From Phycisphaerae bacterium (GTDB lineage Bacteria; Planctomycetota; Phycisphaerae; UBA1845): a stretch of 63,170 bases of DNA. The DNA lies in contig JAUIEW010000002.1 in the NCBI GenBank assembly GCA_030429365.1, positions 1 to 63,170 on the forward strand, written 5' to 3'. The notes under the pieces are model-generated. The model was not told the DNA's origin. It saw only the letters and a program-made list of their open reading frames with translations, and ran no database searches. The position numbers and the translations under genes are program-made. Below, piece by piece: positions 37,104 through 47,258 of the stretch (the stretch's first letter is position 1; each line of letters starts with the position of its first letter).

Positions 37104-39881
37104 TTAAATGCTAGACGCCGCGCTCTTCTTGGCCGTCGTCTTCTTGGTCGTTTTCTTCTTGGCGGTTTTTTTCTTAACCGTCTTCTTCGCGGCTTTCTTG
37201 GTCGTTTTCTTCTTAGCCGTCTTCTTTTTCGCGACCTTCTTGGCCCGCGGGTCCTTGCCCTGGTCGCGCATCTTCTGCTCGCGCGCCGCGATCAGCTCCA
37301 GACCCTGTTCAAGTGTGATCGACGCCGGATCGCGCCCTTTGGGAATGGTGGCGTTGACTTCGCCGTCGGTCACATACGGCCCGAAACGGCCATTCTTCAC
37401 CTTCACATCCGCATCACTGTCAGGATGCTTGCCAAGCTCCGCGATGATCGACGAACCCCGCGCCCGACGCCCTTTCGGTTGCTTGAAGATTTCCACCGCC
37501 TCAGACAACGTCACGCTCGCGAGTTTCTCATGGTTTTCGAGGCTGCGACTGTCCGTCCCCATGCGAAGATACGGGCCGAATTTCCCATCCTGCGCGGTGA
37601 TCACATCACCCGTTTCAGGATGCGCTCCCAACTCGCGCGGATACGACAGCAGCATCGTCGCTTCTTCCAGCGTCACCGTGTCGATCGACATGGTCGGCCA
37701 AAGACTGGCCATCTTCGGTTTGGAACCCTTTTTGATATTGCCCTTCGGCGTCAACTCCGGGTCGCCAAGCTGCACATAAGGCCCGAAGCGCCCCGTCTTG
37801 ATGTAGATCGGCTGATTGGTCTCCGGATGATGGCCAAGAACCCGATCTCCCATCGCCGCTTGCTCAAGCAACTCAAGCGCTCGCTCAATGGTCAACTCGT
37901 CCGGAGCGATGTCGTCCGGCACCGTCGCCCGCAAGTCTTCGTCACCAACCTGCACATAAGGACCGTATCGACCAACCCGCGCAAAGACCTCTGCGCCTTC
38001 AGCATTGACACCGAGACGGATCGAACAAATCGAACGAGCGTCGATTTCTTCCCAGCCCGACCCGATGAGTTGCTTCAGCCCGATGTCGGCAACGTGGTCG
38101 CCATTCTTCTTGGACTTTGGATCACCAAAGTAGAAATCGTGGAGCCAGGGTCCGGCATCGCGCTCGCCATTGGCAATCGCATCCAAACCGTCTTCCATCT
38201 TCGCGGTGAACTCGTAGTCCACCAACTCTGGAAGGTGCGTCTCCAAAAGGTTCACCACCGCAAACGCAGTGAACGTCGGAACCAACGCACTGCCCTTCTT
38301 CCAGACATAACCACGATCCTGAATCGTCTGGATGATGCTCGCGTAAGTTGAAGGCCGACCTATCCCGCGCTCTTCCAACTCTTTCACCAACGAAGCTTCC
38401 GTGAACCGTGCGGGCGGCTGGGTGGTGTGACCGGAAGGCGTGACTTCCTCAACGCCCAGCGCTTCGCCAACCTTGAGCGGCGGAAGGATCGACTCCTGGT
38501 CTTCCAGCTTGGCGTCCGGATCGTCCGACCCTTCGACATACGCCCGCAAGAACCCAGGGAACTGAATCACCTTGCCCGATGTCGTGAACACGGCTTGCCC
38601 ATCGTCGCCTGCGTTCGCAACGATCTTCACGCTCGTCCGCACGCCCTTCGCATCTTTCATCTGCGACGCGATGGTGCGCATCCAGATCAACTCGTATAGC
38701 TTCAAAGCATCGCTATCGAGTTCACCTTCAAGTTCCTTCGGCGTGCGAAACGCGTCGCCCGTGGGTCGAATCGCTTCGTGTGCTTCCTGCGCGTTCTTGC
38801 TCTTTCGTTTGTATGTTCGCGGACCATCTGGAAGATAATCAGCGCCGTACATCTCGCCGATCTGCTGGCGCGATGCGTTCAGCGCTTGATCGGAAAGATG
38901 CGTCGAGTCGGTTCGCATGTAACTGATGTAACCGTTCTCATAGAGACTCTGCGCCAAACGCATCGTCCGCTGCGCCCCAAACCGAAGCTTGCGAGCCGCC
39001 TCCTGCTGAAGCGATGAAGTAATGAACGGTGGATACGGCTTGTTCGTAAATGGCTTTTCTTTGACGTCGCTGACTTTGAATTCGCTCGTGCGAAGACGGT
39101 CAGCCAGCGCGGTCGCCGATGTCTCATCCAGCAACCGAACGCTGTCAGCTTTCTTGAGCTTGCCGGTGGTTTCTTCGAAATCCTTACCGATCGCCAAACG
39201 CTGACCATCGAGTTCGATCATGCGGGCGGCGAGTGTTGATTCCTGCGCGCTAAGTTTCGCGTCGATGTCCCAATACCCGGCGCTGACGAACGCCATCCGC
39301 GCCCGTTCGCGATTGACAATCAACCGTGTCGAAACCGACTGCACCCGGCCCGCCGACAAACGCGGCTTGACCTTGCGCCAAAGCACTGGCGACACTTCGT
39401 ATCCAAACAAACGGTCAAGGATGCGCCGCGACTCCTGGGCACTGACCAATTGGCGATCGATGTCGCGAGTGTGATCAACAGCTTGTACGATCGCGGTCTT
39501 GGTGATCTCATCAAAAACCATGCGCTTGACGGGCACCTTTGGGTTCAGCACTTCCTGCAAATGCCAGGCAATCGCCTCCCCCTCGCGGTCTTCGTCCGTT
39601 GCGAGGTACAGTTCGTCGACGGCTTTTAGCATCTTGCGAAGCTTGGTGACCTGGGCCTTCTTGCTCTTGGGAACGATGTAGAGCGGTTCGAATTCGCTCT
39701 CGACGTTGACGCCCAATCGCGACCACGATTCCTTCTTATATGCTTCCGGGATTTCAGCCGCGTTGGAAGGAAGATCGCGGATGTGTCCGATGGAGGACTC
39801 CACTTCGAACCCGCTTCCAAGATACTTGGAGATGGTCTTGGCCTTTGCGGGCGATTCAACGATAACGAGTGCTTTGGTCAT
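37104..39881 (-). CDS. topA: DNA topoisomerase I with Lys-rich C-terminal tail
   Basis: Toprim N-terminus VIVESPAKAKTISKYLG, the active-site region ISYMRTDS, C-terminal repeated GRFGPYV motifs, and a terminal tail of about 50 aa (AKKVAKKKTAKKKTTKKAAKKTVKKKTAKKKTTKK). Confidence 0.95.
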   Translation of the reverse strand: MTKALVIVESPAKAKTISKYLGSGFEVESSIGHIRDLPSNAAEIPEAYKKESWSRLGVNVESEFEPLYIVPKSKKAQVTKLRKMLKAVDELYLATDEDREGEAIAWHLQEVLNPKVPVKRMVFDEITKTAIVQAVDHTRDIDRQLVSAQESRRILDRLFGYEVSPVLWRKVKPRLSAGRVQSVSTRLIVNRERARMAFVSAGYWDIDAKLSAQESTLAARMIELDGQRLAIGKDFEETTGKLKKADSVRLLDETSATALADRLRTSEFKVSDVKEKPFTNKPYPPFITSSLQQEAARKLRFGAQRTMRLAQSLYENGYISYMRTDSTHLSDQALNASRQQIGEMYGADYLPDGPRTYKRKSKNAQEAHEAIRPTGDAFRTPKELEGELDSDALKLYELIWMRTIASQMKDAKGVRTSVKIVANAGDDGQAVFTTSGKVIQFPGFLRAYVEGSDDPDAKLEDQESILPPLKVGEALGVEEVTPSGHTTQPPARFTEASLVKELEERGIGRPSTYASIIQTIQDRGYVWKKGSALVPTFTAFAVVNLLETHLPELVDYEFTAKMEDGLDAIANGERDAGPWLHDFYFGDPKSKKNGDHVADIGLKQLIGSGWEEIDARSICSIRLGVNAEGAEVFARVGRYGPYVQVGDEDLRATVPDDIAPDELTIERALELLEQAAMGDRVLGHHPETNQPIYIKTGRFGPYVQLGDPELTPKGNIKKGSKPKMASLWPTMSIDTVTLEEATMLLSYPRELGAHPETGDVITAQDGKFGPYLRMGTDSRSLENHEKLASVTLSEAVEIFKQPKGRRARGSSIIAELGKHPDSDADVKVKNGRFGPYVTDGEVNATIPKGRDPASITLEQGLELIAAREQKMRDQGKDPRAKKVAKKKTAKKKTTKKAAKKTVKKKTAKKKTTKKTTAKKSAASSI

Positions 39882-40460
39882 AGGGGCGAACAGGAAACCG
39901 GAAAGTTGTGTCCTTTGTCAAGATGCGATTTGCCGTCCACCAGCCCGCCAAACCACCCGATTATCACACAAGACATTGTCAAAAATAATGTTATGACTAT
40001 ATGGCCATGCTGTGAAAGATTCTTGCGAGAGGAGCAATCTCTCCCTTTTTCGATGTTTTGCGCACACTGACAAGCCGGCGTCGGCGCCGCCAACTACCCA
40101 ATTATACGCAGGACAACAGGAACCAGATTCGGGCAATTCGCAAAGTCGGCCGGCAACATTCAAAGCCGCTTGGAACGTCCGAATCCGCCCTGTGCGTCGT
40201 ATCGTCCACATGACTCATTCAAAATGAGGAAATATCAACAAGCCTTACGTGCCCAAAATCGACGATTCATCCCCTCTCGTCGTAAGCTGGTGAGTTGATA
40301 CGATCAAAATATAATGCCCGGCTGATCGGAATCTGGGCCAGTCAGCCGCTGGCCTGACGAATAGATCAAACACTGTGAGTAATTCGACGCGGCTCGTTGG
40401 CTGCGTGAAGCAATCGGCCCCCAAACGCAACGCAAACGTGAAAGCAGCGGTGACGACAAC

Positions 40461-42260
40461 ATGCCAGACCTGAAGCACATTCGAAATTTCGCCATCGTCG
40501 CCCACATCGACCACGGCAAGAGCACGCTAGCCGACCGACTCATGGAGCACGCGGGAGCCGTCAGCCAACGCGAACTCAAAGCCCAGATGCTCGACGACAT
40601 GGAACTCGAGCGCGAGATGGGCATCACCATCAAAGCCAACCGCTGCTCGATGAAATACAAATTCGAGGGCGAAGAGTATCTGCTCAACCTCCTCGATACG
40701 CCGGGACACGTTGACTTTCACTACGAAGTGTCGCGCGCCCTCACCGCGTGCGAAGGCGTGCTCCTTCTCGTCGATGCGGCTCAGGGCGTTCAGGCACAAA
40801 CCGTTGCCAACGCCTACCTCGCAGTGGAAGCCGCCACCGAAATCATCCCGGTCATCAACAAGATCGACCTGCCCGGCGCGCACCCGGAAGATTGCGCCCT
40901 CGAACTCGAACACGTGCTCGGCATACCAGCCGACGAGGCCATCTTCACCTCAGCCAAGACGGGGCAAGGGATCGACGAACTTTTCGCGGCAATTATCCAG
41001 CGCATGCCAGCCCCCGAACCCGATCCGGAAAACAAACTCCGCGCCCTCGTGTACGACGCCAAGAACGACGTCCACCGCGGCGTCATCACGCACGTGCGAT
41101 TGTTCGGCGGAACGATGAAGCGCGGCGACAAGATGCGCTTCGTTGCGGCGGGCTCGGAACGCATCATCACCGAAGTCGGCAAGTTCACGCCGAAACCCGG
41201 CGCCGTCGATTCGCTGTCTGCTGGTGACGTGGGTTACGTCCTCGCGAGCATCAAGACCATCGCCGACGTCAATATCGGCGACACCATCACGCTCTCCCAC
41301 GACCCGACGACACGGCCGCTTCCCGGCTACCAAGCCCCGCAGCAAATGGTCTTCTGCGATTTCTTCCCCGGACCAGGTACCGAAACGCCCGACCTGCGCG
41401 ACGCGTTTGAAAAACTCTGGCTCAATGACAGTTCGTTTACCTACGAGACGACGTCTTCCGACGCATTGGGCATTGGGTTCCGCTGTGGGTTCCTCGGCTT
41501 GTTGCACATGAAGATCATTCAGGAGCGGCTTGAGCGCGAGAGCGCCGTCAACATCGTACAGACCGCTCCAACCGTGACCTATGAAGTCGAACTCAAGGAT
41601 GGGACCGTCAAGCACATCGAATCGCCCAGCGAACTTCCCGACTTGTCCGTTGTTGCCGACATCCGCGAGCCGATCTGCACGGCTTCCGTCATCGTGCCGG
41701 CAGAATACATTGGCGATGTGTTGAAGATTTCGCTCGAGCGCCGCGGCAACCACACCAAGACGGAATACCTTTCGCCGACGCGCGTGATGCTGAACTTTGA
41801 GTTCCCGCTGGGTGAAATCATTTACGACTATTACGACAAACTCAAAAGCGCCACGAAGGGATACGGGACGGCCGACTATGAGGTCACCGGCTTCCGCACC
41901 GACAAACTCGTCAAGCTCGACATTCTCGTCAACGCCATGCCCGTCGACGCACTAAGCGTGATCGTTCACCGCGACAAAGCCGCCACCAGAGGCCGGCGCC
42001 TGATCCAGCGTTTGAAAAAAGAGATCTCCCGCCACCAGTTCGAGATCCCCTTACAAGCCGCCATCGGCGGAAAGATCATCGCCCGAGAAACCATCGCAGC
42101 CATGCGAAAAGACGTCACGGCCAAGTGCTACGGCGGCGACATCACCCGAAAGCGCAAGCTCCTCGAAAAGCAAAAAGAGGGCAAGAAACGCATGAAGCAA
42201 GTCGGCATGGTGGCCATCCCCCAAAACGCGTTCATGTCCATCCTCGACCCGGGGGATTAG
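40461..42260 (+). CDS. lepA: translation elongation factor 4 (LepA)
   Basis: IRNFAIVAHIDHGKSTLADR, DTPGHVDF, NKIDL, and a LepA-specific C-terminal domain. Confidence 0.96.
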   Translation: MPDLKHIRNFAIVAHIDHGKSTLADRLMEHAGAVSQRELKAQMLDDMELEREMGITIKANRCSMKYKFEGEEYLLNLLDTPGHVDFHYEVSRALTACEGVLLLVDAAQGVQAQTVANAYLAVEAATEIIPVINKIDLPGAHPEDCALELEHVLGIPADEAIFTSAKTGQGIDELFAAIIQRMPAPEPDPENKLRALVYDAKNDVHRGVITHVRLFGGTMKRGDKMRFVAAGSERIITEVGKFTPKPGAVDSLSAGDVGYVLASIKTIADVNIGDTITLSHDPTTRPLPGYQAPQQMVFCDFFPGPGTETPDLRDAFEKLWLNDSSFTYETTSSDALGIGFRCGFLGLLHMKIIQERLERESAVNIVQTAPTVTYEVELKDGTVKHIESPSELPDLSVVADIREPICTASVIVPAEYIGDVLKISLERRGNHTKTEYLSPTRVMLNFEFPLGEIIYDYYDKLKSATKGYGTADYEVTGFRTDKLVKLDILVNAMPVDALSVIVHRDKAATRGRRLIQRLKKEISRHQFEIPLQAAIGGKIIARETIAAMRKDVTAKCYGGDITRKRKLLEKQKEGKKRMKQVGMVAIPQNAFMSILDPGD

Positions 42261-42372
42261 ACCTTTGCGTTCGCTGTTAGAAATACCTAGACCAAGTATT
42301 GCTTGGTTCTTGATTGAGTATTGCACACAATAGTGCCTGTTGAACCTGAGGCTTTGTTGAGCAATTTCAGCC

Positions 42373-43206
42373 ATGGCGCGATGTTTTTATAATCGCATTC
42401 CTGCAATAGCGCTCGACCCGAACATCGAATGGGTAAGTGCTATACCAAAACTCAGAAACCAATCTGAGTTCGAATCAAATGAATTCCTTCGGACAATGTT
42501 TGAATCCAAGAATAGGAAATTCTGCATTCCCAGTACGAGCCAAATCCTTCTGGTCGAAGTCAAACAGTCATTCATCGGGCGAATAGCGGGAACCGACACT
42601 CTTCTTTTAAGCATCTATGGAGAGGACCCGCTTGCAATAATGGGTGTTCGCCACGCCTTCGAAATCAAGCCCGAACTTGAGGAGTACCTACGATATTCTC
42701 GGAGAATATCCCAAATCATCAAAACAAGTCCGAACATCAACCTTGCCCGCCATCACCTTGAATTAGGTCAGTTCTATCAACAGATAGATGGAGAATATGC
42801 GGTAGAACATTTTCAATCTTGTATTGCCGCAAGTCCCGATGAATCTATATTGGTTCAGGCGTACTCAAAGTTAGGAGAAACTTTGAGTACACTTGGCCCT
42901 CCCGAGCCAGCGATCAAGGCTTTTGAGTCAGCGCTCGAAATTGATCCAACACACTTGAATTCCTTGATCAAAATGGCAAGCTTGTACAAGAGTATGCGTT
43001 GTTTTGCTGATGGAGCGAAATACTTTCAAGTGGCCATAGACTTGGACCCCAACGATACCGAATCTATCCTGAATAAGGCGTTATGCGTTTATTCAGAAAG
43101 GGAAGAAATCGCTTCATCACCTGAAGAATTGCAAGAAGCTCAAACAGACCTCGATAATGCGTTCGCCCGAGCAAACGAAATTCGCAAGAGGTTAGGACTC
43201 ATTTAG
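42373..43206 (+). CDS. TPR-repeat protein encoded on a low-GC island
   Basis: TPR-like units are present (AIKAFESALEIDPTHLNSLIKMASLY; AKYFQVAIDLDPND). Codon usage is AT-rich, unlike the flanking genes. Confidence 0.65.
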   Translation: MARCFYNRIPAIALDPNIEWVSAIPKLRNQSEFESNEFLRTMFESKNRKFCIPSTSQILLVEVKQSFIGRIAGTDTLLLSIYGEDPLAIMGVRHAFEIKPELEEYLRYSRRISQIIKTSPNINLARHHLELGQFYQQIDGEYAVEHFQSCIAASPDESILVQAYSKLGETLSTLGPPEPAIKAFESALEIDPTHLNSLIKMASLYKSMRCFADGAKYFQVAIDLDPNDTESILNKALCVYSEREEIASSPEELQEAQTDLDNAFARANEIRKRLGLI

Positions 43207-43278
43207 ACGTTCGAAGTATCCTCGGCATTACTGGTCGATCTGCACACCGTTTCAGTTTCACAACATGAACTTATTGCT

Positions 43279-44295
43279 ATGAATCCTTGGGTAGAATGTC
43301 GAAGCTTCTCAATCAACCTCGACCTCCCCATGCGCGAGCGGTATGCCGATGTGCCGCAAGCGGAGTTAGAGCGCGGGGCTCGGTTGCTTTCGGCGATCAT
43401 GGCTGAGATGCCAGCCGGCGCTCAGTACCTTGCAGCCGCTGTGCGCATTCGTACGCGCGGGCGATTTCATTCGGAGTTTGTTGCGTTGGCCGACCGCATC
43501 GGTTCCGACTGGCGAAGTGTGACGCTGGCAAACCTGACTTATGACCTGGTCATGTCGATGTTCGGTTGTTCGACTTTGGCATTGGCGACCGCCGACGGGC
43601 CAGTCCTTGCGCGCAACATGGACTTTTGGCCCGAAGACATCCTCGCCCAAACCAGCGCACTGATTTACATGAATCGCGGCAACAAACTTGACTTCGCCAA
43701 TGCGGGTTGGCCCGGGACCGTCGGCATCGTCACCGCGATGAGTTCCAAAGGCTTCGCCGTCGCGCTCAATGCCGTCACCTGTTCGGAAGGCACGCGAAAA
43801 ACGGGTTTCCCTGTGCTGCTCTTCCTCCGCAAAGTCTTCGACGACGCCACCGGTTTCGACCATGCCGTCCAGATGCTCACCGAGCAGACACTGATCGCGC
43901 CTTGCCTGCTGACGATTGTCGGCACCGAGAACCACCAGCGCGTCGTCCTCGAGCGCACGCCCACCCGCTGCGTCGCCCGCAAGCCCGAAGCCGACGAACC
44001 GCTCGTCACCACCAACGATTACCGCCTGTTTGAAGATAAACCGCGCGACTCGCGCCAAGCCCCCAGCCCAAGCGACGCGCTCTACCAAACCACCTGCCGG
44101 CGTTTCGACAACCTGTCAGCCGCCTACGCCAATCACCAACCAACGCAGAGAGTCACTGATGAAGAACTGCTTTACCACCTGACCGATCCAGGCGTCTTCT
44201 CGGAGATCACCGCCCAGCACGTCATCATGCGACCCCGCCAACAAGCCATCCGCATGTTCGTCCCACGGCGCTTTGTTCCCAACGGTTTTGCCTGA
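43279..44295 (+). CDS. Ntn-hydrolase, choloylglycine hydrolase / acid-ceramidase (NAAA)-like
   Basis: A propeptide-like N-terminus precedes the candidate nucleophile Cys in MFGCSTLALATADGPVLARNMDFW. This is typical of linear-amide C-N hydrolases. Confidence 0.65.
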   Translation: MNPWVECRSFSINLDLPMRERYADVPQAELERGARLLSAIMAEMPAGAQYLAAAVRIRTRGRFHSEFVALADRIGSDWRSVTLANLTYDLVMSMFGCSTLALATADGPVLARNMDFWPEDILAQTSALIYMNRGNKLDFANAGWPGTVGIVTAMSSKGFAVALNAVTCSEGTRKTGFPVLLFLRKVFDDATGFDHAVQMLTEQTLIAPCLLTIVGTENHQRVVLERTPTRCVARKPEADEPLVTTNDYRLFEDKPRDSRQAPSPSDALYQTTCRRFDNLSAAYANHQPTQRVTDEELLYHLTDPGVFSEITAQHVIMRPRQQAIRMFVPRRFVPNGFA

Positions 44296-44644
44296 TCACA
44301 GCGCGGGTAGTTCGGTTAGACGCATCGACCCTTTCAGGCCAAACATTTCTGAATCGAAACTACGGCCCACCAAATGCAACTGGGTAGACGGGCTTGGGGG
44401 CGATCGACGGCCGGTCGTACCAACGATGCAGTGGTCAAGACGCGACGGGCACCAAGCCGATAAAGTCATAATCTCTGGACTCTTAAACACTTAGAAGCTT
44501 GTCCAGAATTGATTCTCCGTGATGGAACCAGACGTCGGTTGGCCAGGGCGCCATGTGAAATCCAATCGTGACACCGGATGAATAAACCTCATCGGTGCGC
44601 CAAATGACACAATTCGCCATGGGCATTTTGAAAGGAAAACGGAC

Positions 44645-47236
44645 ATGATTCCTCGAAATCTGATGAACCGCACACGATGGGCGTGCGCTGTCGGCTTACT
44701 GCTTGTCGGCGCGATCGTTGAAGTCGGGTGCGATGGCGTTGTACCACCCAACGGCGGTGGGGGCAGTGGCGATGGCAACGCCACGATCAGGGGTACCGTG
44801 ACCAACGATGCCACCGATTCGGCCCTCGCGGGCGCCAAGGTCATCATTGGCGACAGCGCCGAGGTCACCACGGACGACGCGGGTGCATATACCGCCGACG
44901 TACCTGCCGGAGTTTATACGGTTACTTTCGAGAACGATTTCTTCATGCCCGTTGAGCGATCTGTCGCGGTCAATGGGGGTGAGTCCGTCACCGTAAATGC
45001 CGCCTTGACGCCCTCACAAGCCGTCAAGATTGTTACCTCCATGGAAGGGTCAGCCGAACCCGGCGAATCCATCACGATCGCTGCCGCCGTCGAAGTCCTC
45101 GACGGATCGACAACCGTGCAAGGATTTTCGTGGGCCCAGTCGAACAGCGTGGACGTCTCCATCGCTGGCGGATCCACCGATACTGCCACCGTCACTCTGC
45201 CCGACGCAGCCGCCTATAAAGCAGAATTGATGAAGGTGCTCCGCGAACCGCCGATCACTGCCGACCAGCTTCCGGAAAATGTTCCGTTGCCCGACAGTGA
45301 AGAATTTCCCGGTGGACTACCTGATCGATTCCAGGTTGTCGGCCCCAACCCGTTCGCCATCGAAGAAACCGGACACGTCGCGCTGACGCTGACGGTTGAG
45401 ACTTCTTCCGGCGATATCACCGAACACGTCGACATCCACACCGAGTTGCCGTGGCGCCCGGCGCCGGGCATCCGCAATGTTCCGATCGAGGTCCCCGTCC
45501 TCCTCAGTGGCAAGATGCAGGACTCGTATGATTGGGCTATGTCCACGCCACCCGGATCAAGCACCTCGTTGATCGATGCGACCACACGTGAACCCTACTT
45601 CACTCCGGACGTCGCTGGCTTGTACCGTGTCACCGTGACCAACATGACCGGCGAGATGGATGAAGATGTCGTCATGGAAATCCGTGCCGGCACGTGGGAA
45701 GGTGTCATCACGGGACAGGATGCGGACGGCCTGCCCGTCGCAGCCAACTGCACCATCTGCCACAACGATGGCATCGCCAGAGATCTGTTTACGCCCTGGG
45801 CGCGCACTGGCCACGCGACGATCTTCTCCGACAGCATCGACACCAACGACCACTACGGCGAACAGTGTTTCGTCTGCCACACCGTTGGCTACGATCTGCG
45901 CGCTAACAATGGCGGCGTCGATGAAGTCGAAGACTTCGAAGACTTCCTCGCGGCTGGGTTGCTCGCCAACCCCGGGGACAACTGGGATCAAGTCGTCGAC
46001 GAGTTCCCAGCCACCGCGCAGATGGCCAACGTCCAGTGCGAAAGCTGCCATGGTCCGCAGCGGGGTGGCGGAGCGCACACACAAGGCGAACCCAGGTTGA
46101 GCCTGTCGTCCAACGTCTGTGCAACCTGCCACGGCGAACCGTTGCGTCATGCACGATTCCAGCAGTGGCAACTCAGCGGCCACGCCAACTATGAATTGGC
46201 CATCGACGAAGGCGAAAACGGAAACTGCGCTCGCTGCCACACGGCCAACGGCTTCCTCGCCTGGCTGCCGATCCTGTTGGATGACGATCCCAATACCGAT
46301 CCGCTGGACAACATCGAAATCACCTGGACAGCCGACGAAACCGAACCGCAGACCTGCGTGGTCTGTCACGATCCGCACAACATCGGCACCGTCAGCGGCA
46401 GCGAAACCAATGCAACCGTTCGCATCTCGGGCGACACGCCGCCGCTCATTGCCGGCTTCCAAGTGTTCGGAGCCGGTCGCGGCGCGCTCTGCATGACTTG
46501 CCACAACTCACGTCGCGGTTTGCGCAACGATGATAACTTCGATGAGTTCGCCATGACGTCAGAAGCAGGACGCGCTCCTCACGGTTCGGCACAAGCCGAC
46601 GTGCTCATGGGTGAAAACGCATTCCTCGTCGAGGTCGGAATTCGCGGGGCGCACTCGTTCGTTGAGGATACGTGCGTCGCATGCCATATGGTGGAGACGC
46701 CTCCGCCAGACGTTCTGTCATACAATCTCGGCGGCACCAACCATACGTTCTTTGCATCCAAGAATGTCTGCGCTTCCTGCCACACCGAGATCCCGACAAG
46801 TGACAACATCGAAATCGCATTCAACGCCACGAGCGACCAACTCAAACTCCTGGTCGAAGAAGCGATTCTCAACCTGATCTCCGAGCAGGAATTGTTGGGT
46901 AATTCGATCGACCTGGGCGGAGAAGCCACACTCACTGACGAAACGCCAATATCAAACATTGATTTCGGTTCATACCACGGTCAACAGGCCATCACCGTCA
47001 CGCTGACTGATTCCACGGTGATCGGACCAGTCACCATGTCCAGCGTCATGGTCTTCGGGCCCGGCAATGTCGAGCTTGGCCGACTCTATGACTTCGCGGA
47101 CGCTCGACTGATCAAAGCCGGTTGGAACTGGAACCTCGGAAACAACGACGGCAGTAAAGCCGCCCACAACCCATCCTTCGTGTTCGGGTTCCTCGATGCA
47201 TCGATCGACGCATTGAACGAACTCAAATCCGAATAG
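44645..47236 (+). CDS. multiheme c-type cytochrome (9 CXXCH) with N-terminal carboxypeptidase-regulatory-like domain
   Basis: The CXXCH motifs are CTICH, CFVCH, CESCH, CATCH, CARCH, CVVCH, CMTCH, CVACH and CASCH. The N-terminus has a signal peptide, then GTVTNDATDSALAGAKVIIGD..AGAYTADVPAGVYTVTFE. Confidence 0.85.
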   Translation: MIPRNLMNRTRWACAVGLLLVGAIVEVGCDGVVPPNGGGGSGDGNATIRGTVTNDATDSALAGAKVIIGDSAEVTTDDAGAYTADVPAGVYTVTFENDFFMPVERSVAVNGGESVTVNAALTPSQAVKIVTSMEGSAEPGESITIAAAVEVLDGSTTVQGFSWAQSNSVDVSIAGGSTDTATVTLPDAAAYKAELMKVLREPPITADQLPENVPLPDSEEFPGGLPDRFQVVGPNPFAIEETGHVALTLTVETSSGDITEHVDIHTELPWRPAPGIRNVPIEVPVLLSGKMQDSYDWAMSTPPGSSTSLIDATTREPYFTPDVAGLYRVTVTNMTGEMDEDVVMEIRAGTWEGVITGQDADGLPVAANCTICHNDGIARDLFTPWARTGHATIFSDSIDTNDHYGEQCFVCHTVGYDLRANNGGVDEVEDFEDFLAAGLLANPGDNWDQVVDEFPATAQMANVQCESCHGPQRGGGAHTQGEPRLSLSSNVCATCHGEPLRHARFQQWQLSGHANYELAIDEGENGNCARCHTANGFLAWLPILLDDDPNTDPLDNIEITWTADETEPQTCVVCHDPHNIGTVSGSETNATVRISGDTPPLIAGFQVFGAGRGALCMTCHNSRRGLRNDDNFDEFAMTSEAGRAPHGSAQADVLMGENAFLVEVGIRGAHSFVEDTCVACHMVETPPPDVLSYNLGGTNHTFFASKNVCASCHTEIPTSDNIEIAFNATSDQLKLLVEEAILNLISEQELLGNSIDLGGEATLTDETPISNIDFGSYHGQQAITVTLTDSTVIGPVTMSSVMVFGPGNVELGRLYDFADARLIKAGWNWNLGNNDGSKAAHNPSFVFGFLDASIDALNELKSE

Positions 47237-47258
47237 ATGTCGGTCAATAAGTAAACAA

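Noticed and set aside
39882-40460. The 580-nt divergent spacer between topA and lepA as a possible ncRNA or riboswitch locus
   Set aside because: I could not recognise any known riboswitch core, strong hairpin-plus-U-tract or conserved repeat in it. Without comparative data the claim would be unsupported.
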